A DNA stretch of 64,000 bases from Oikopleura dioica (lineage: Eukaryota > Animalia > Chordata). Positions 12,563 to 24,900 of the stretch are shown here, piece by piece. The translations under genes and the position numbers were made by a program. Positions within the stretch are counted from its first letter, which is position 1. Every line of letters begins with the position of its first letter. The stretch spans positions 13,826,001 to 13,890,000 of the forward strand of contig OU015566.1 of the NCBI GenBank assembly GCA_907165135.1. The letters are read 5' to 3'. The notes beneath the pieces were generated by a model, which saw nothing but the letters and a program-made list of their open reading frames with translations, made no database searches and was not told the DNA's origin.

Positions 12563-13025
12563 TCTTTGATATTGGTCTCATTTTATTTTATTCATTATTT
12601 TCTACAAGATTTCAAATAATCAAAGTAAGTTTATTGCCACGTTCCATAATTGACAAAAAAGATGCGAAAGGTGCGAAAGGCGAGAACGGCGGCGGAGACA
12701 GAGCGGAAAGATGCGCTTTGGAATGTGACGAAGGAGAAAGAAAAACGAGAGCTACAACGTGAACTGGCTTAACAACTCGTGCAAAAGGTTGTTTCAAGAA
12801 CTCTTGGTCGGCGAAAAAGCGAATTGATGAAGACCAGACTGCCAGACTGGATAAGTTCCAAAATGACCAAAAATCCGGCTTAGTTTGCGAACCACGTTGC
12901 ATAAGATAAGCCAAAAATTTGAATTCCGAAAAAAGAACTTTTTATTTTCTGATATATTTTCTGTATTTTCAGTATAAAATTTTTGAAAATTTTCTAACCC
13001 TGAAAATTTTGGGGTTGAAAATTTT

Positions 13026-13183
13026 GGGTTGGCGTCAGGAACCGATGAAAAATTTTGAGAAATTTTGCGTGGGCGGCTACTCGGCTGCTGATTGGCCGGT
13101 GAGCCGAATCCGGGCTTCTGATTGGTTGAAAATTTCCACGCAAAATTTGTCGAAATTTTTTTGTCGGTTCCTGACGCCACCCC
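13026..13183. mobile_element. Palindromic MITE family 2 copy (CCAAT/ATTGG-rich)
   Basis: TIR GGCGTCAGGAACCGA. Homologous copies at about 15732-15889, 17665-17821 and 19914-20052. Confidence 0.8.
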
Positions 13184-13209
13184 AAAATTTCGCTTCTGTT
13201 CGTCGCCAA

Positions 13210-13383
13210 TCACCACATTCGATAGCCCCATCGATCGGGTTTGTCTTCAGGAGCAGTTTTGTCCAGAAGAGCCTGTTGATAGGCAGTGAGGCGATCGAGA
13301 AAGTCTCGTTGTTGTTGGCGCATTTTTTCAAGCTGGTCTTTTTGCTCGGGTGTTAGGGAGTCGTAAAAATCACTTGGGCACAT
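13210..13383 (-). CDS. Possible small helical protein (57 aa), function unknown
   Basis: MCPSDFYDSLTPEQKDQLEKMRQQQRDFLDRLTAYQQALL... has coding-like codon usage; no family recognised. Confidence 0.35.
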   Translation of the reverse strand: MCPSDFYDSLTPEQKDQLEKMRQQQRDFLDRLTAYQQALLDKTAPEDKPDRWGYRMW

Positions 13384-13899
13384 TTTCCTCTTTTTTTTTC
13401 GTTTGTGTGTAACTTGGGAAACGATTGGGAAAGAGGGAGGAAAGAGGAAATATGTTGAGTCATGATTTTTGAAGCTCAATCGATTTCCGGTTGAAAATAT
13501 AGGCCGAGAAAGAATTGTTTTTGAAAAAAAACGTCGCCAAATTGCCCCTCTCAGAGACTCTGTTGTTCAATTTTTCGCGCACTTGATTTGGCATAATTTT
13601 GGGATTTGGCTGAGCTGGCGCTAGAATCGGCCATAATGGCGTAATATTCTTATAGAACGGTTTTCTTTATTTAACTAAGGCGCTTTCTTGAACATTTGCC
13701 GCGTGAAATCGGAGTTATTTAATCTGGCATGGCGATCCTAGGTTAAAACCCTTGGTAAACCAATATTTAAAGCGCGTTCTACTATTAGACATTGATTCGG
13801 CGGATTTGGTTTTAAGGAAATTTGAGATGAAGGATTTGTGATGAAAATCGAAGGACTTTATTTTCCGTTATTAATATTTTCTGAAAAAAAAGTAATTAA

Positions 13900-14559
13900 G
13901 GACCCCTCCGTCATGTGGGAATAACTTTTTCAAACAGTGATTTCGAGGTGACCCCCTTAAGATTTCCGAAAACTTTTTTGCTCTTTGGGTAGCCCGATAG
14001 TTGGTCTAGGGCACCAGAAGTAAAAGCACGCTCGTGCACTTCTTAAGGGTGTCGCAACAATACTTTCAAGTTTCAAACATCGATATCTCTGAGATGACCT
14101 TAAGAATCAAAAATTTTTAAAAACTCAAAATAAAGCTTAGATTGATGTCGAGGGCACCAGAAGAAAAAAATTAAGATATGTAAAGGGGTTCACTTGAAAA
14201 TGATTTTTCCTTTTTAACGTAAAATTGATTAAAACCGCAAAAATTTCTTTAATTATGCACTATGAATAACTATTTTAGCATTTTTTTCCAAAAAAAATAT
14301 TTTCCCTTTATAAAATTCATAAAAATAAGTGATTTTTATGTTTTTCATGAAAAAGTTGCTTCCGCCCAGTACAAACCGCGTCGTTCTATGCGCTCCGCCT
14401 TTACAAATTCAAAAACTTTGACTCAATTTTTAAGGGTGTTAGAGTGGAGATAGGCGGATAAAAAATGAAGCGAAAAAATGGTTTTTCGGCACGAGGAATC
14501 AGAATTCGAGGTCGAAATTTTAAATTTCGACATTTTAAAATCTTGACGGGGGGGGGTCC
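13900..14559. mobile_element. TTAA-flanked Kolobok-like non-autonomous element
   Basis: TIR GGACCCC(T/C)CCGTCA; TTAA at 13896-13899 and 14560-14563. Confidence 0.7.
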
Positions 14560-14699
14560 TTAATTATTGGCATTTATTCGTCGAATATTACTTTAAATGT
14601 TAAGAATGGGGAATGGACTGGAAAAGGGAATACTAATCTGTCGATAAATAACAAAAAGCAATAAAGAACATTTCCATGTTTTTACTGTTTCTTCATTTT

Positions 14700-17580
14700 T
14701 ATAGATGCTTCATTTTATCAATGAGCATTGCCTCGAAAAATTTCTCCCTATATTTCCTCCTGCACAGCTGGACAATCAAGTTTCCAATTAGCCGTCTGCT
14801 ACATGTATTAGATCTGTTTTTTTTTATCTTCGCGGTATAATTCTTGATTTTAAGATCAAACCATTTTCCTGTAAAAAGACTATTATTCTTTAAAATTTTT
14901 AAGAGGAGAAATTCCCTTTCCAATAAATTTTACAAATTCTAGCGAAATTTCAACTCAGGTTTTCTATACAGGTTCCAGAGCCCAGCTTTCCATAAACTTG
15001 AGATAAAAGGTTTTTTGTCGTGACTTTCTCATTCTAATCAAATCTCTTTTTGTTTCCGCTGTAATCACGCTTCTTGCGCTGCAATCAAAATTACCGTGTG
15101 TCAAAATTGTCAATAAGATCTGGCTGGCGGGATTTGAATAAATTTAATATACTTATTCTTGATAACTCGATTCAAAATAATTCCAGAGATTGTTCTCAGA
15201 CCGTTCATTTTGACTGATAACAGGAGGCGATATCACGAGACACCGCTCCTACATGGCATCCAATTCCAGGGCATTCAAATTTGTTCAACACAAATTATTG
15301 AAATTAACAAAAAACAGAGACACCCTTAATTCTTCTTCTTGAGTTTTAGAAATGAGCTTGACTCTCGAGAACTTCATTGTTTTCGATCGAGACAAGCGAT
15401 TATTCCAGCGCTACAGCATGTTTCTCAATAACACAGCCTTTCTATATGTAGGCCACAGCGATCGATCTAAAAGGTTTAAAAAATGGCTGAAAGTCTGAGT
15501 AGCTGTGTCTATACTTAAATTTCAATAAGAGCAGCTGCAGCCTCACGCCTAAAATTAGACAAAACACTACACGCTCTAATTTTCTTTTTGAAGAACGTTG
15601 ATGATTCTTCAACGAAAAAAAAATAAGAAAAGAGGAAAATTCCCTAAATTGTGGATAAATCATCGAACCTTTTCCTAAATTGTTGATTTTGTGAAGACAA
15701 TTATTTTCTTGTATATTTTGAGACAAATATCGGGCTGGTGTCACGAATCGACAGAAAAATCTCGACAAATTTTGCCTGGGCGGATATTCGGCTTCTGATT
15801 GGCTGGTTGGCCGAATCCAGTCTTCTGATTGGTCGAAAATTTCCACGAAAAATTTGTCGGGATTTTTTGTTGGTTCTTCACACCTCCACAAAAAAATCGG
15901 CCCGAAAATCTATGATTGAAAAATTTAGGGACGATTCTGACAATTTATCGACAATTTAGGGACTTTTTTTTATTTCGACCAATCATCGATAAGAATCTAA
16001 AAATAGCCCCTTCATTGTGGATAAATCATCATTTTCGTCCCTAAAATGTTCGATTTTTTCATTTTTTCTTCAGAAATAAGCTTTTTTGACCAAAATGCTT
16101 ATCAATTCGATTTTTCTGAAGAAACTTTGCTTCGAAAAAAGTTTTTGAACTTGAAAAAAATTTGGATGGACCTTTCACGTATATTTCTCGTCGAGTAGTT
16201 CGTTGGTTAAGCGGAGTTTGATTAGGTTTATGCTTTTTTTAAAATTTGGATTCTGCTTCGCGGGATTTTCTTTGGCAACGTTTTTCTTGAAAGAGATTCA
16301 TCTCCGGGCTTCTATAAATAAAGCATTACCGGATTAATTGACCAATATAGCTTCAGCCAGAAATAACTCGACACGGAGAATCGAGCATATTTGGTAAATG
16401 AATGTTGGAATACGATTTTTGTGCAATCTGGCACCTGGTGAATTTATCCTCGGCATTGAACCTTCCCGATTTCTAAAAGCTTTTGAATTCCAAAAGAAGA
16501 GGAGAAAAACGGAATGTGAGATTATGAAATGATCGAAAATTTTGTTAACCGCAAATTTTAATGAACGCAGATTTTGCAAATTTATCACCTGTAGTCACCT
16601 TAATGTGAACGCTGCCCTGATCGGTTGGTTAGTTCGTGACGTAAAAAATTATGTCCGTGGTTCACCCTTTTTACTGAAGAACTAAAGTTTAGCCTTTATT
16701 GAAGCTAATCAAAAGTCGTCAATTTAGGAACTTTGGACAATGAAAATCGACATTTTAGGGCATTTATTATCAAAATTTACTAGTTACCTATAAAGTTAGG
16801 GTTAGTAGCCTATAAAGTATAGGTTACTAGTAAATTTTGATAATAAAATCCCTAAAATGTCGATTTTCCTTGTCCGAAATTCCTAAACTGTCGACTTTTG
16901 ATTAACTTCAATAAAACTCTTATAAACACTTTTGCTAAAGCTGTTATGAGAAATTTGTTGATATGGGCGATTCCTAGTCTCGATAATTTAATTTCACAAC
17001 ATGTTTCTTTTTTTTTCTTATTTTCGAGTGCTGTTGGAAAACGGATCTTATAATCTGTGGTCTAAAAATACAACTTTATTGTTGCTAAAAACACGATATT
17101 GAGTAACCCCATCCAAGAATACCACAATTCGTTGCAGCATCTAAAAATACGATAAATTTATTTTTCATTTTTTACCAAGTGCAAAAAGTGGAATAGACTT
17201 GGAGTTTGTAATCGACACGGCCATTTCCAAGGTAGGGTCACGGCGGCTAGCTCAAGTAGCATTTACAACAGTTTAGTGAATACCTTGAACACTCGAGCTC
17301 ACCCCCGGATCAGCCGGATTTCCAAGCGCGAATAAGATTTCAGTAACGTTACTGAATTTTTTCGACGAACTTGGCCACTCACGCTGCATCCGGCGAGTCA
17401 AAACGCTGATCCGGAGACGTGGAAAAAACCGGCTCTTTCCGCTCTGCAGTTCTTGGATGGGGTTATTCAATTGCGTGTTTGCAGCAACAATAAAGTTTAT
17501 TTTTAGACCACAGACCATAGATTGATCAGAATATGGGCTTTTAGTTGCACTCAAAAATTAGGAAGAAACATGTTATGATA
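14700..17580 (+). CDS. Putative multi-exon gene of unknown function (fragments only)
   Basis: Short coding-like segments bounded by AG/GT, e.g. MSLTLENFIVFDRDKRLFQRYSMF (about 15352) and FRRTWPLTLHPASQNADPETWKKP (about 17365). Not assembled. Confidence 0.3.
15732..15889. mobile_element. MITE family 2 copy
   Basis: Aligns by eye to 13026-13183. Confidence 0.75.
16695..16916. repeat. Foldback inverted repeat (about 95-bp arms, about 25-nt loop)
   Basis: TTTATTGAAG...ACCTATA pairs with TATAGGT...CTTCAATAAA. Confidence 0.8.
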
Positions 17581-17644
17581 TTAAATTATTGAGACTCAGA
17601 ATTTCTCTCAATTTTATTTACAATTGAATCTAATATTTCACTCG

Positions 17645-17912
17645 AAATTTTCGAGACGAAAAACGGGGTGGTGTCTGGAACCGACAAAAATTTCGACAAA
17701 TTTTGGGTGGGCGGCTACTCGGCTGCTGATTGAACGGTTTGCCGAATCCAGGCTTCTAATTGGTCGAAAATTTCCACGCAAAATTTGTCAAAATTTTCTT
17801 GTCGACTCTAGACACCTCCCGGAAAAACTGTGTAGAAACCTGACTCAGGGTCCAAAAGCCTTCATATGCTCTCAGGACCCTGACTCAGGTTTCTACGCAG
17901 GTTTCGAGCCAA
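17645..17912. mobile_element. MITE family 2 (17665-17821) inserted into the left TIR of a short family 1 copy
   Basis: GAAAAAC duplicated on both sides of the family 2 copy; removing it restores a family 1 TIR. Confidence 0.65.
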
Positions 17913-19039
17913 AGATCGGATTAAAAAAGTTCCGATTTCAATATTTCTTTTCGGCGAAAAACTGCTGGTTCAATTAATCCTGACTCAAGCATCCTCTAAT
18001 TCTACGCAGTGTATCCCTGCTTTCTCAAGTTCCGCTAGAGCAAGTAACGTGGGAGCTACAGAATCCGCCGCACATTTTCTGAGGTCAGTTAAGAACCGCT
18101 TTCGACGCACCATAAAACCCTGACAGAAGCACTTTTTCTTCTTCGCACAAAAAATCAGAGTTTTGAAAAAATCGCCTTTCGAAAGATTACGAAAACATCA
18201 ATCGGTAGAGTGGCCAATTTACAATCAAGGAGAAACGGTGTTACTGAAAACTAAGATCCGTGGAGAGTGAAAATAGCAAATGACAAGTTCAGTTTTGCCA
18301 AAAGAGAGAGTGTTAACTTGGTGGTGACATTTTAGCTCAAAATGCTGCCACTCAGAATTTGCCACACAATCATTTCTGCTTTTAAAAATCATTTTGAAAA
18401 GCAGGAAATTTCGTGGCTCGAAATTTCGTTTGTTTTTCTTTTTCATTGCGGTCTAATTTTCCTTGCTCCCCGCTCATCCGGCATTGATTTTCATTGTTCG
18501 TCGAAATAAACTTGATTTTTGCCCGTTTTTAATTGCTCCAACCAGAATTGGAGGAGAGACAGTTCTAGTAAGTAGTGATATCTTCGCGGAAAATTTTTGT
18601 TCAAGGACCGTAATGGATACGCTGCGCCTAATCTCCGGACGTAGTTGAAGATAAAATAACGACAGAATTTCAACCTCCAAGTCCAATTTTTCTTTATCAA
18701 TTCTGCATTGTGAGCGAATTTGTCATTTCTCCGGAAGATTACCGTTGCCAAAATCTTTGTTTTTATCATCAATTTTGAATTTATTATTGTCAATAATTAA
18801 TTTATTGGTTTAGAATTCATTTATTCCAATAAGAGGATAAATATTTGTTTTCATAATTGAGCTACTTTGAGTTCTGTAATAAGCCCATGGTAAATAATAA
18901 GTTATTATTATTAATAACTACCGGTTTTTTCGTCTCAATATTTTTGAGTCGAAAATAATTGCGAAATAGTTATTGATATTTAATTTCAGCAATAATTTAA
19001 TATTTTTTATTTTTTTCAATCTTTATTCATTTTTCTTAA

Positions 19040-19235
19040 GGACACCCCCGTCGATATTGCTGGAATTTTCAAACGTAGTTTTCTCTCCGTATACCCTTAG
19101 AATTCTTTCATATTTTGGTATCAAAATGAAGCTTAGAAAAAGCTTTAGGGCAAGAAATACTTAACTTGGTGATACCCTTAAGTTTACAGGCTGAAAAAAA
19201 TTTTTGAAAAATCGCCTAGGTCGACAGGGGGATCC
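19040..19235. mobile_element. TTAA-flanked Kolobok-like MITE
   Basis: Imperfect TIR GGA(C/T)(A/C)CCCC(T)GTCGA; TTAA on both sides. Confidence 0.65.
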
Positions 19236-19399
19236 TTAAATATCCTCTTTATTAAAGATTTATCCTCTTAAGTTATCCTCTTAAACAAAAATAAAGTCTA
19301 AAAATAATTGATGTTGACACCCTTAATTCAATCAAAATTGCTTCTAAGAACCCCCGAAACAATGACAGTTCCAATACAAGTGCCCTAGAATGAACCTCT

Positions 19400-20550
19400 T
19401 TGTAGCATCCTCGCTGTTGAATTTTTCCCTCGTAATATTGAAAAAGACAAGATTACGAGATTTACTCGAATGGGGGGAAAGCGGTTCAATCCCCTTTTGC
19501 GCTGATAAAAACATTTATGCTTGGCGGTAAGGTAAATTCTCTCTTGTTTAGATGGATCGGGAGACACGTCTGATAAATGGAAAAATCTCGCAGATGCGTG
19601 GAGAACATTAAAATTAAAACCATGTCGTTTTTTTCTTATCGCTTTGGGTCAACATGAGCAAAATTGGATCGAGCGCCAATTGTGAGTTCACGAAAATCGA
19701 CAGAAACAGTCGCATTTCGGCGAAGTTGATGCTCGTCCCAGACTCGTGAAATCATAAACTGGCAGCTGAATATAAACGATGAGCCCGGATTTATGACAAG
19801 CGAAATTTGCCAAATCATCGAAAATGTAATAGAACAGTTAAGGGGTAGATATCAAGAATGGGTTTCCTGTCAGTGTTTTCTTAGATTTTTAACATAGTGA
19901 CCCCCTTATTTTTGGGCTGGAACCGACAAAAATTTCGACAAATTTTGCGTAGGCGGCTACTCGGCTGCTAATTGGCCAGTTTGCCGAATCCAGGCTTCTG
20001 ATTGGTTGAAAATTTCCATACAAAATTTTTTGTCGGTTCCAGACACCTCCCCTTATTTTTCTGCTCAAAATTAATTGCATAAAATATATATTTTGAGCAG
20101 AAAAAATAAGGGGGGTCACTATGTTAAAAATTTGAGAAAACACTGACGGAAAATCCCATTCTTAATATCTACCCCCTTAAAAAGCTAGAAAAGCTCTAAA
20201 AAAGCACTGGCTTCTAAAAAATGAACATCCGCTAGTTCCATGTTTAAAATGTTGTTCATGAAAATTGAAGCTTTCAAGTAGCAATTTCGCTTTTTCGAAT
20301 GAGCGTTATATTTTTACCGAGCGGATTGGGGCGCTTTTTACAAAGAGCAAAGAAAACGGAAGCTGCAGTCATAACAGTTGCTTTTCCGCGGTTTTGAAAA
20401 TTTGAATGTTGAAAATATTCGATGAAATAATCCGTAATTCTGCTTTGTTGTTTCGAAGCTCTGTAAGGACCACCACTTGAAAGTGTGTTTTGACGAACGC
20501 TGTTTGTTGAACAATCTATTAGACACTTTTTCTTACTTGCGCAGCTGAAG
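19400..20550 (+). CDS. Putative multi-exon gene of unknown function
   Basis: Coding-like exons: YEIYSNGGKAVQSPF|GSGDTSDKWKNLADAW, EIINWQLNINDEPGFMTSEICQ, LCKDHHLKVCFDERCLL...*. Confidence 0.35.
19842..20176. mobile_element. TTAA-flanked element with about 70-bp TIRs, containing a nested family 2 MITE (19914-20052)
   Basis: GGGGTAGATATCAAGAATGGG...GTGACCCCCTTATTTT is mirrored at the right end; TTATTTTT is duplicated around the inner copy. Confidence 0.8.
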
Positions 20551-20811
20551 GGTGTCTCTTGCGCTTTTTTGCTGATCATTGTTATTATGATAAATTGACA
20601 GCAAAAGCGAGGAGCCACGAAACACGAAACAGATATTGGGTTTTCTTATGTTGAGTAAAAATAGCTCGAATTTCAGATTCCAAGGATGAGGTCAGCCTTT
20701 AACGGACTGGGTCGGAACTCGGCTCGAAAAACCGGGAATCATTCCGGTCAACTTTTAACCCAGAAGAGATTCTTTTTGGAATTTTTTGGTCAAATTTTTT
20801 CAACTAAAAGA

Positions 20812-20939
20812 CAAGGCTCGTCACCCTGTCTAGAAAACCTGAGTCAGGGTTCTGAAAGAGCTTGAATTCGCGAAAGCCGCTAAAATAAAGCTCTTTCAGG
20901 ACCCTGACTCAGGTTTTCTACACAGGTTTCCGAGTCCAG
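20812..20939. mobile_element. Short MITE family 1 copy at the centre of a larger inverted repeat (about 20755-21010)
   Basis: CCTGAGTCAGG/CCTGACTCAGG arms; the flanks ACTAAAAGA and TCTTTTAGT are themselves inverted. Confidence 0.7.
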
Positions 20940-21614
20940 TCTTTTAGTCAAGAAAATTTGACCAAAATTTTGACGAAAAAAGTCCAAAAAGAATATATTT
21001 TGGGTTTCAATTCGACAGGAAGGGTTCCCAAAACTGATTTCTGAAAGAAATAGTTTTAACCTTTTCGACCAGATTTGAACAATTTTGCTAAATGGTGGTT
21101 AATTTTATTGCATTTGAGTTTGTATTCACTTCAATCAAAGAACATTGTTTTTTATTGCAAACGGTTCTAATGGGAAAGATCGCGTTTTTATCAAAATATC
21201 TTTTTCTGCTTAGGTAAAAATACGGTTTTTAGTCGTAAGAGCGAGTTTTTTTTTGACTCTAAAAGCCTAACAGCTGTTTTTTGGTCAATTGTCTTCAATG
21301 GGTTAAATTTTTTGATAAAGTAAAAATAAGATTTTGATAATCATTTTGATGATTATTTTGAAATTAAATTTTTGAATGCTGGATCAAAATATTTAGGCTG
21401 GTTATAACATTTCCTGCGAAATTATCGATGTTGATTGCGCCGGGTGTTTACCCTTCTTCAAACAGCAATTGTATGCAAGTGAGCAAACAAGGGTAAACAA
21501 TTTGGATTTTTAGACCGCGAAAAGTCAATGAATTCGAGCCCTTATCCTCACTTTTCATATAATCATTTATTTTAAATCTTTTCTTTAGCAAGACGCATAG
21601 TTTGTTCGTTCCAA

Positions 21615-21970
21615 TTTGTGACATCATCGTTCAAATGTCATGAAATCTTCAAATGTCTATAAATGTTTCGAAATGTCTCTTATCTTCATGACATTCAGGG
21701 ACATTTTGGAATATTTTTAACACAAAATGTAGTCATCAATGATATTTGAGACATTCAGGAACCTCAAGGGACATTCTGAATTACTTTGAACATCAAATGT
21801 GGACATCTTATGTCATTTAAAGATATTTGACATATTCAGAGACATTCAGACATTCAAAAAAGCATCAAAATGTCCTTACTTTGAGCAAATATCCTCCTCA
21901 GATGTCATTAAATGACGACATTTGCTATCAAAATATTCCGAAATGTCTTTGGATGTCTCTGAATGTCTTG
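21615..21970. repeat. Degenerate GACATT/AATGTC motif-rich region
   Basis: Many copies of GACAT(T) and (A)ATGTC in both orientations. Confidence 0.6.
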
Positions 21971-24900
21971 CTCATTCATGATTACTGTGCTGATTTTGAG
22001 TAAGTCCTCGAAATGAGTCACTACCAAAATTTATTGAATTACTTCTAATGTTTTTATTCCGGTCTAAATCTAATTAAAGCTTTGAGTCTGGAGATGTTAA
22101 TAAAGCTGGGCGCTGGGTTTACTTTTTTCGAAATTGCATAACCAACTACTTTGCTTATCACAACATTAGATGCTTGATCCGATTCGCGCAAATCTCCTGC
22201 GGCGCTGATCAAAAACCCGATGAGTGCTAGCTGCTGGTGGCGGTGGAGCGGCTCTTTATCGCCTCCTGCCGGGCGCTGCGCCACCCCGGACGGCGAAATG
22301 CATCGCGAATTTTGCTCCTCCAAACCAAACCAAGTATCTCGAAGATCCCGATTTCAGGGTTCACTTTTTAGTCCCTTTTTTAACCCGTCCCACGTACGAT
22401 ACAGTTCGTCGCGACAGCCTGTACCAGAGGCCACAAGTCAGTCGATTCTGTCATCTCCAAGCTCAATTTCCTCCAATCCTCCTTTTAATCAAATCCACGT
22501 GGTAATTATCCAATCCAAGTCCTAAGAAAATATCGTCCCGAGAAAATTTGAAGCAAGCCTTCTTCCAAGCCGAAAAACTTCGATAGAGAAAGTACAAAAT
22601 CAAGCAAAACCGATAACGGTTTTTTGAATTTCGAGGTAAGAAAAACATCAAAAATAAGGGTTTCAACTCGACTTTTTCAATTCCAAATGATTTTGGCACA
22701 TTTTGAGCCGATTTTGTTTTTTAACCTGTTTGAACAAAATGGCCTTTTTCGTGCTTTTTTGGAGCTTTTTTCCTAATTTTCAGTGTATTTTCCATTTTCG
22801 TAGCTAAAATTTTAGTTAACCTGTTTTTGAATATTTAACCCATCGGCGCAAAAAGGCCATTTTCTTTCTTTTCCCAGAGAAAAGCGTATTTCTTCCCTGG
22901 AAACTTATGCAATTCTCTTGGAAAAACGGGCCTCTGGCTCCCGGTTGGCGCATCGCCAATTATAGCCGCGGGTAAATTTGTCCGTCGGAGAGTTTACTTC
23001 ACCACATGGTTTACCACGAATTTCGATCGTTTCTGCTCTAGCGGTTTTTTCTCCACGAATCACGGAAATTAGTGGAAATCTCTTTCCAAACGTTGCGCGT
23101 TTTTGATTATTCTCTTCTCGGATAAGCATGACTGTATATTTTTCGGGGCTGCGGTCAAGGTCGCAGGTTGCTTTGGTTAACCTCATGCTTGTGATAATAC
23201 AAGTGGGGAGCAGAAAAGTGGATTTAACCACTTGAATTCATTCCAGCTGCGGCTTAAGGGGGCTCATTCCATAATGGCTTCAAAACTTTGAAAACATCTT
23301 TTAACCTATTGGGACAAATCTGCTCATTTTGTGCATTTCTATTCGTTTTCAATGATTTTAAGGGGGTAACCTCCCGTTTCTCATCGTTAGGGTTGAAACC
23401 AATTTTAACCTGGTCGGAAAACATGGCCTTTTTGTGCATTTTCGTCATCTTTCAGGCAGTTTAAGGGTGTTTCTTCAATATTTTCATCGGAAATTCGGAA
23501 GCTGTTCTAACATGTTAAGGGCTAACCCGCTAAATCCCGCGATTGCGATAATCAGTTACTTTCACGCGGCTGAACAGCTTTCTCCGATTTCTGGGTGTGG
23601 TCATCGTTTCGTGTAAATCCAAATCCGCAGAACAAGGAGCGCTAAAAACAGAAATCTAAGCCGTCTGGAACTCAACACTTGCCAGGCGCGATTTCCTTTC
23701 AGCTGCTTATTTTTCCCGTATTTTTCTCGTTGCATAAAAAAGAACCTGACACTCGGAAGGATAAGGGGACAGGGCGGATTAATTATATTCGTTCTTGGGA
23801 TTCTTTGATGTGATAAGGGAATCGGCAGATTAAGGTGATAGCGCTCGATAAAAACCAGAAAAACGATGAATCATCAATTTTGAAATCTGAGACGATCCGA
23901 AACTTGAAAATGGAGGGGATACCCTTAAGAGCCGCTCTTCTGATTCGCCTCAATTTATTTCTTGAGTTCCACAGTACTCAAAATCTCAAATAAGTGCGGT
24001 TCAACTTACGTCCCCGCGCACTTCACACGTGCAAACCGTGCCGCAAAATCTTCCTCTTTCTCGAGGTTACACCCTTAAGACCGTTCTAGCCAGATTCTTT
24101 CTCAAGAGCTTTTGGATCGTTTTACATGTTTTTCTTTGAAGGAATATGCTATCCAAAAGGCTGCTGTCCAGCTTTTTAGAAAAAAGCGAAAACTTAAGGG
24201 TGTAACTCAAGTATTTTCAACACTTGAAAGGATTTTGCCTTTTTTCTAAAGTAGAAAAGAGAGTTCCTTATCAGTTTTCTTCTTACACGTTTGTTCAGTA
24301 AAGATAACTCGTTCGCGGTTTGAAAATTCACTCGTTAGAGCATGGAAAAACCTGGCGCAGCGGGAGACCATGATAAGGAGCTGAAAGCTGATATCAATTT
24401 TCTTTTAATGAAACTTGTTTATCGCAAAACCTCCTTTGTTCAACAAGTGGCGATCCACTTAATTGCTTCTTTTCAATCTGGAGTGGAGGGCTCTAGAAAC
24501 AAAATGCAATTAAGGGCTTGATAGAGCTTGAGATCCAGCTTGATTTTGAACTAAGGGTATCAAGGTAGCAAAAAAAGAAGCGGATCAAATTCAAGATCGG
24601 ATGGGGTAGAGCAGGCTTAAAAGCCTCTCACGTCTCAGCCTTCTTAAGCCGATCTCGCCAGATTTCACAGATAAAAACGCTGATAAGACAAGCTCCTAAG
24701 GATGTACCCTCCCTTTTCCTGAAAGGAGAAGCAGGCGTCTTGTGTCATAATGTTTAGGCAGAATGTTTACATTGCGAACCAAACAATCTGTCCTTTTGGA
24801 GCTTCTTTTTACGGATCAACCCACATTTTGATCTTTTAAAAACTGGTCGAATTAAGGGTGTAAGGATCGAAAACCATGGTTTTTCTGCTGGCTTTTCCTA

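Noticed and set aside
10861-13356. Cluster of 60-145-aa ORFs rich in KPLRGF/KAASR or STNF motifs as transposase fragments
   Set aside because: They are translations of palindromic MITE families 1 and 2; there is no DDE or other transposase signature.
22054-22323. BH3-like or other known domain in ORF ...LALIGFLISAAGDL...
   Set aside because: The LxxxGD spacing is not met, no start or splice context could be established, and all frames are interrupted nearby.
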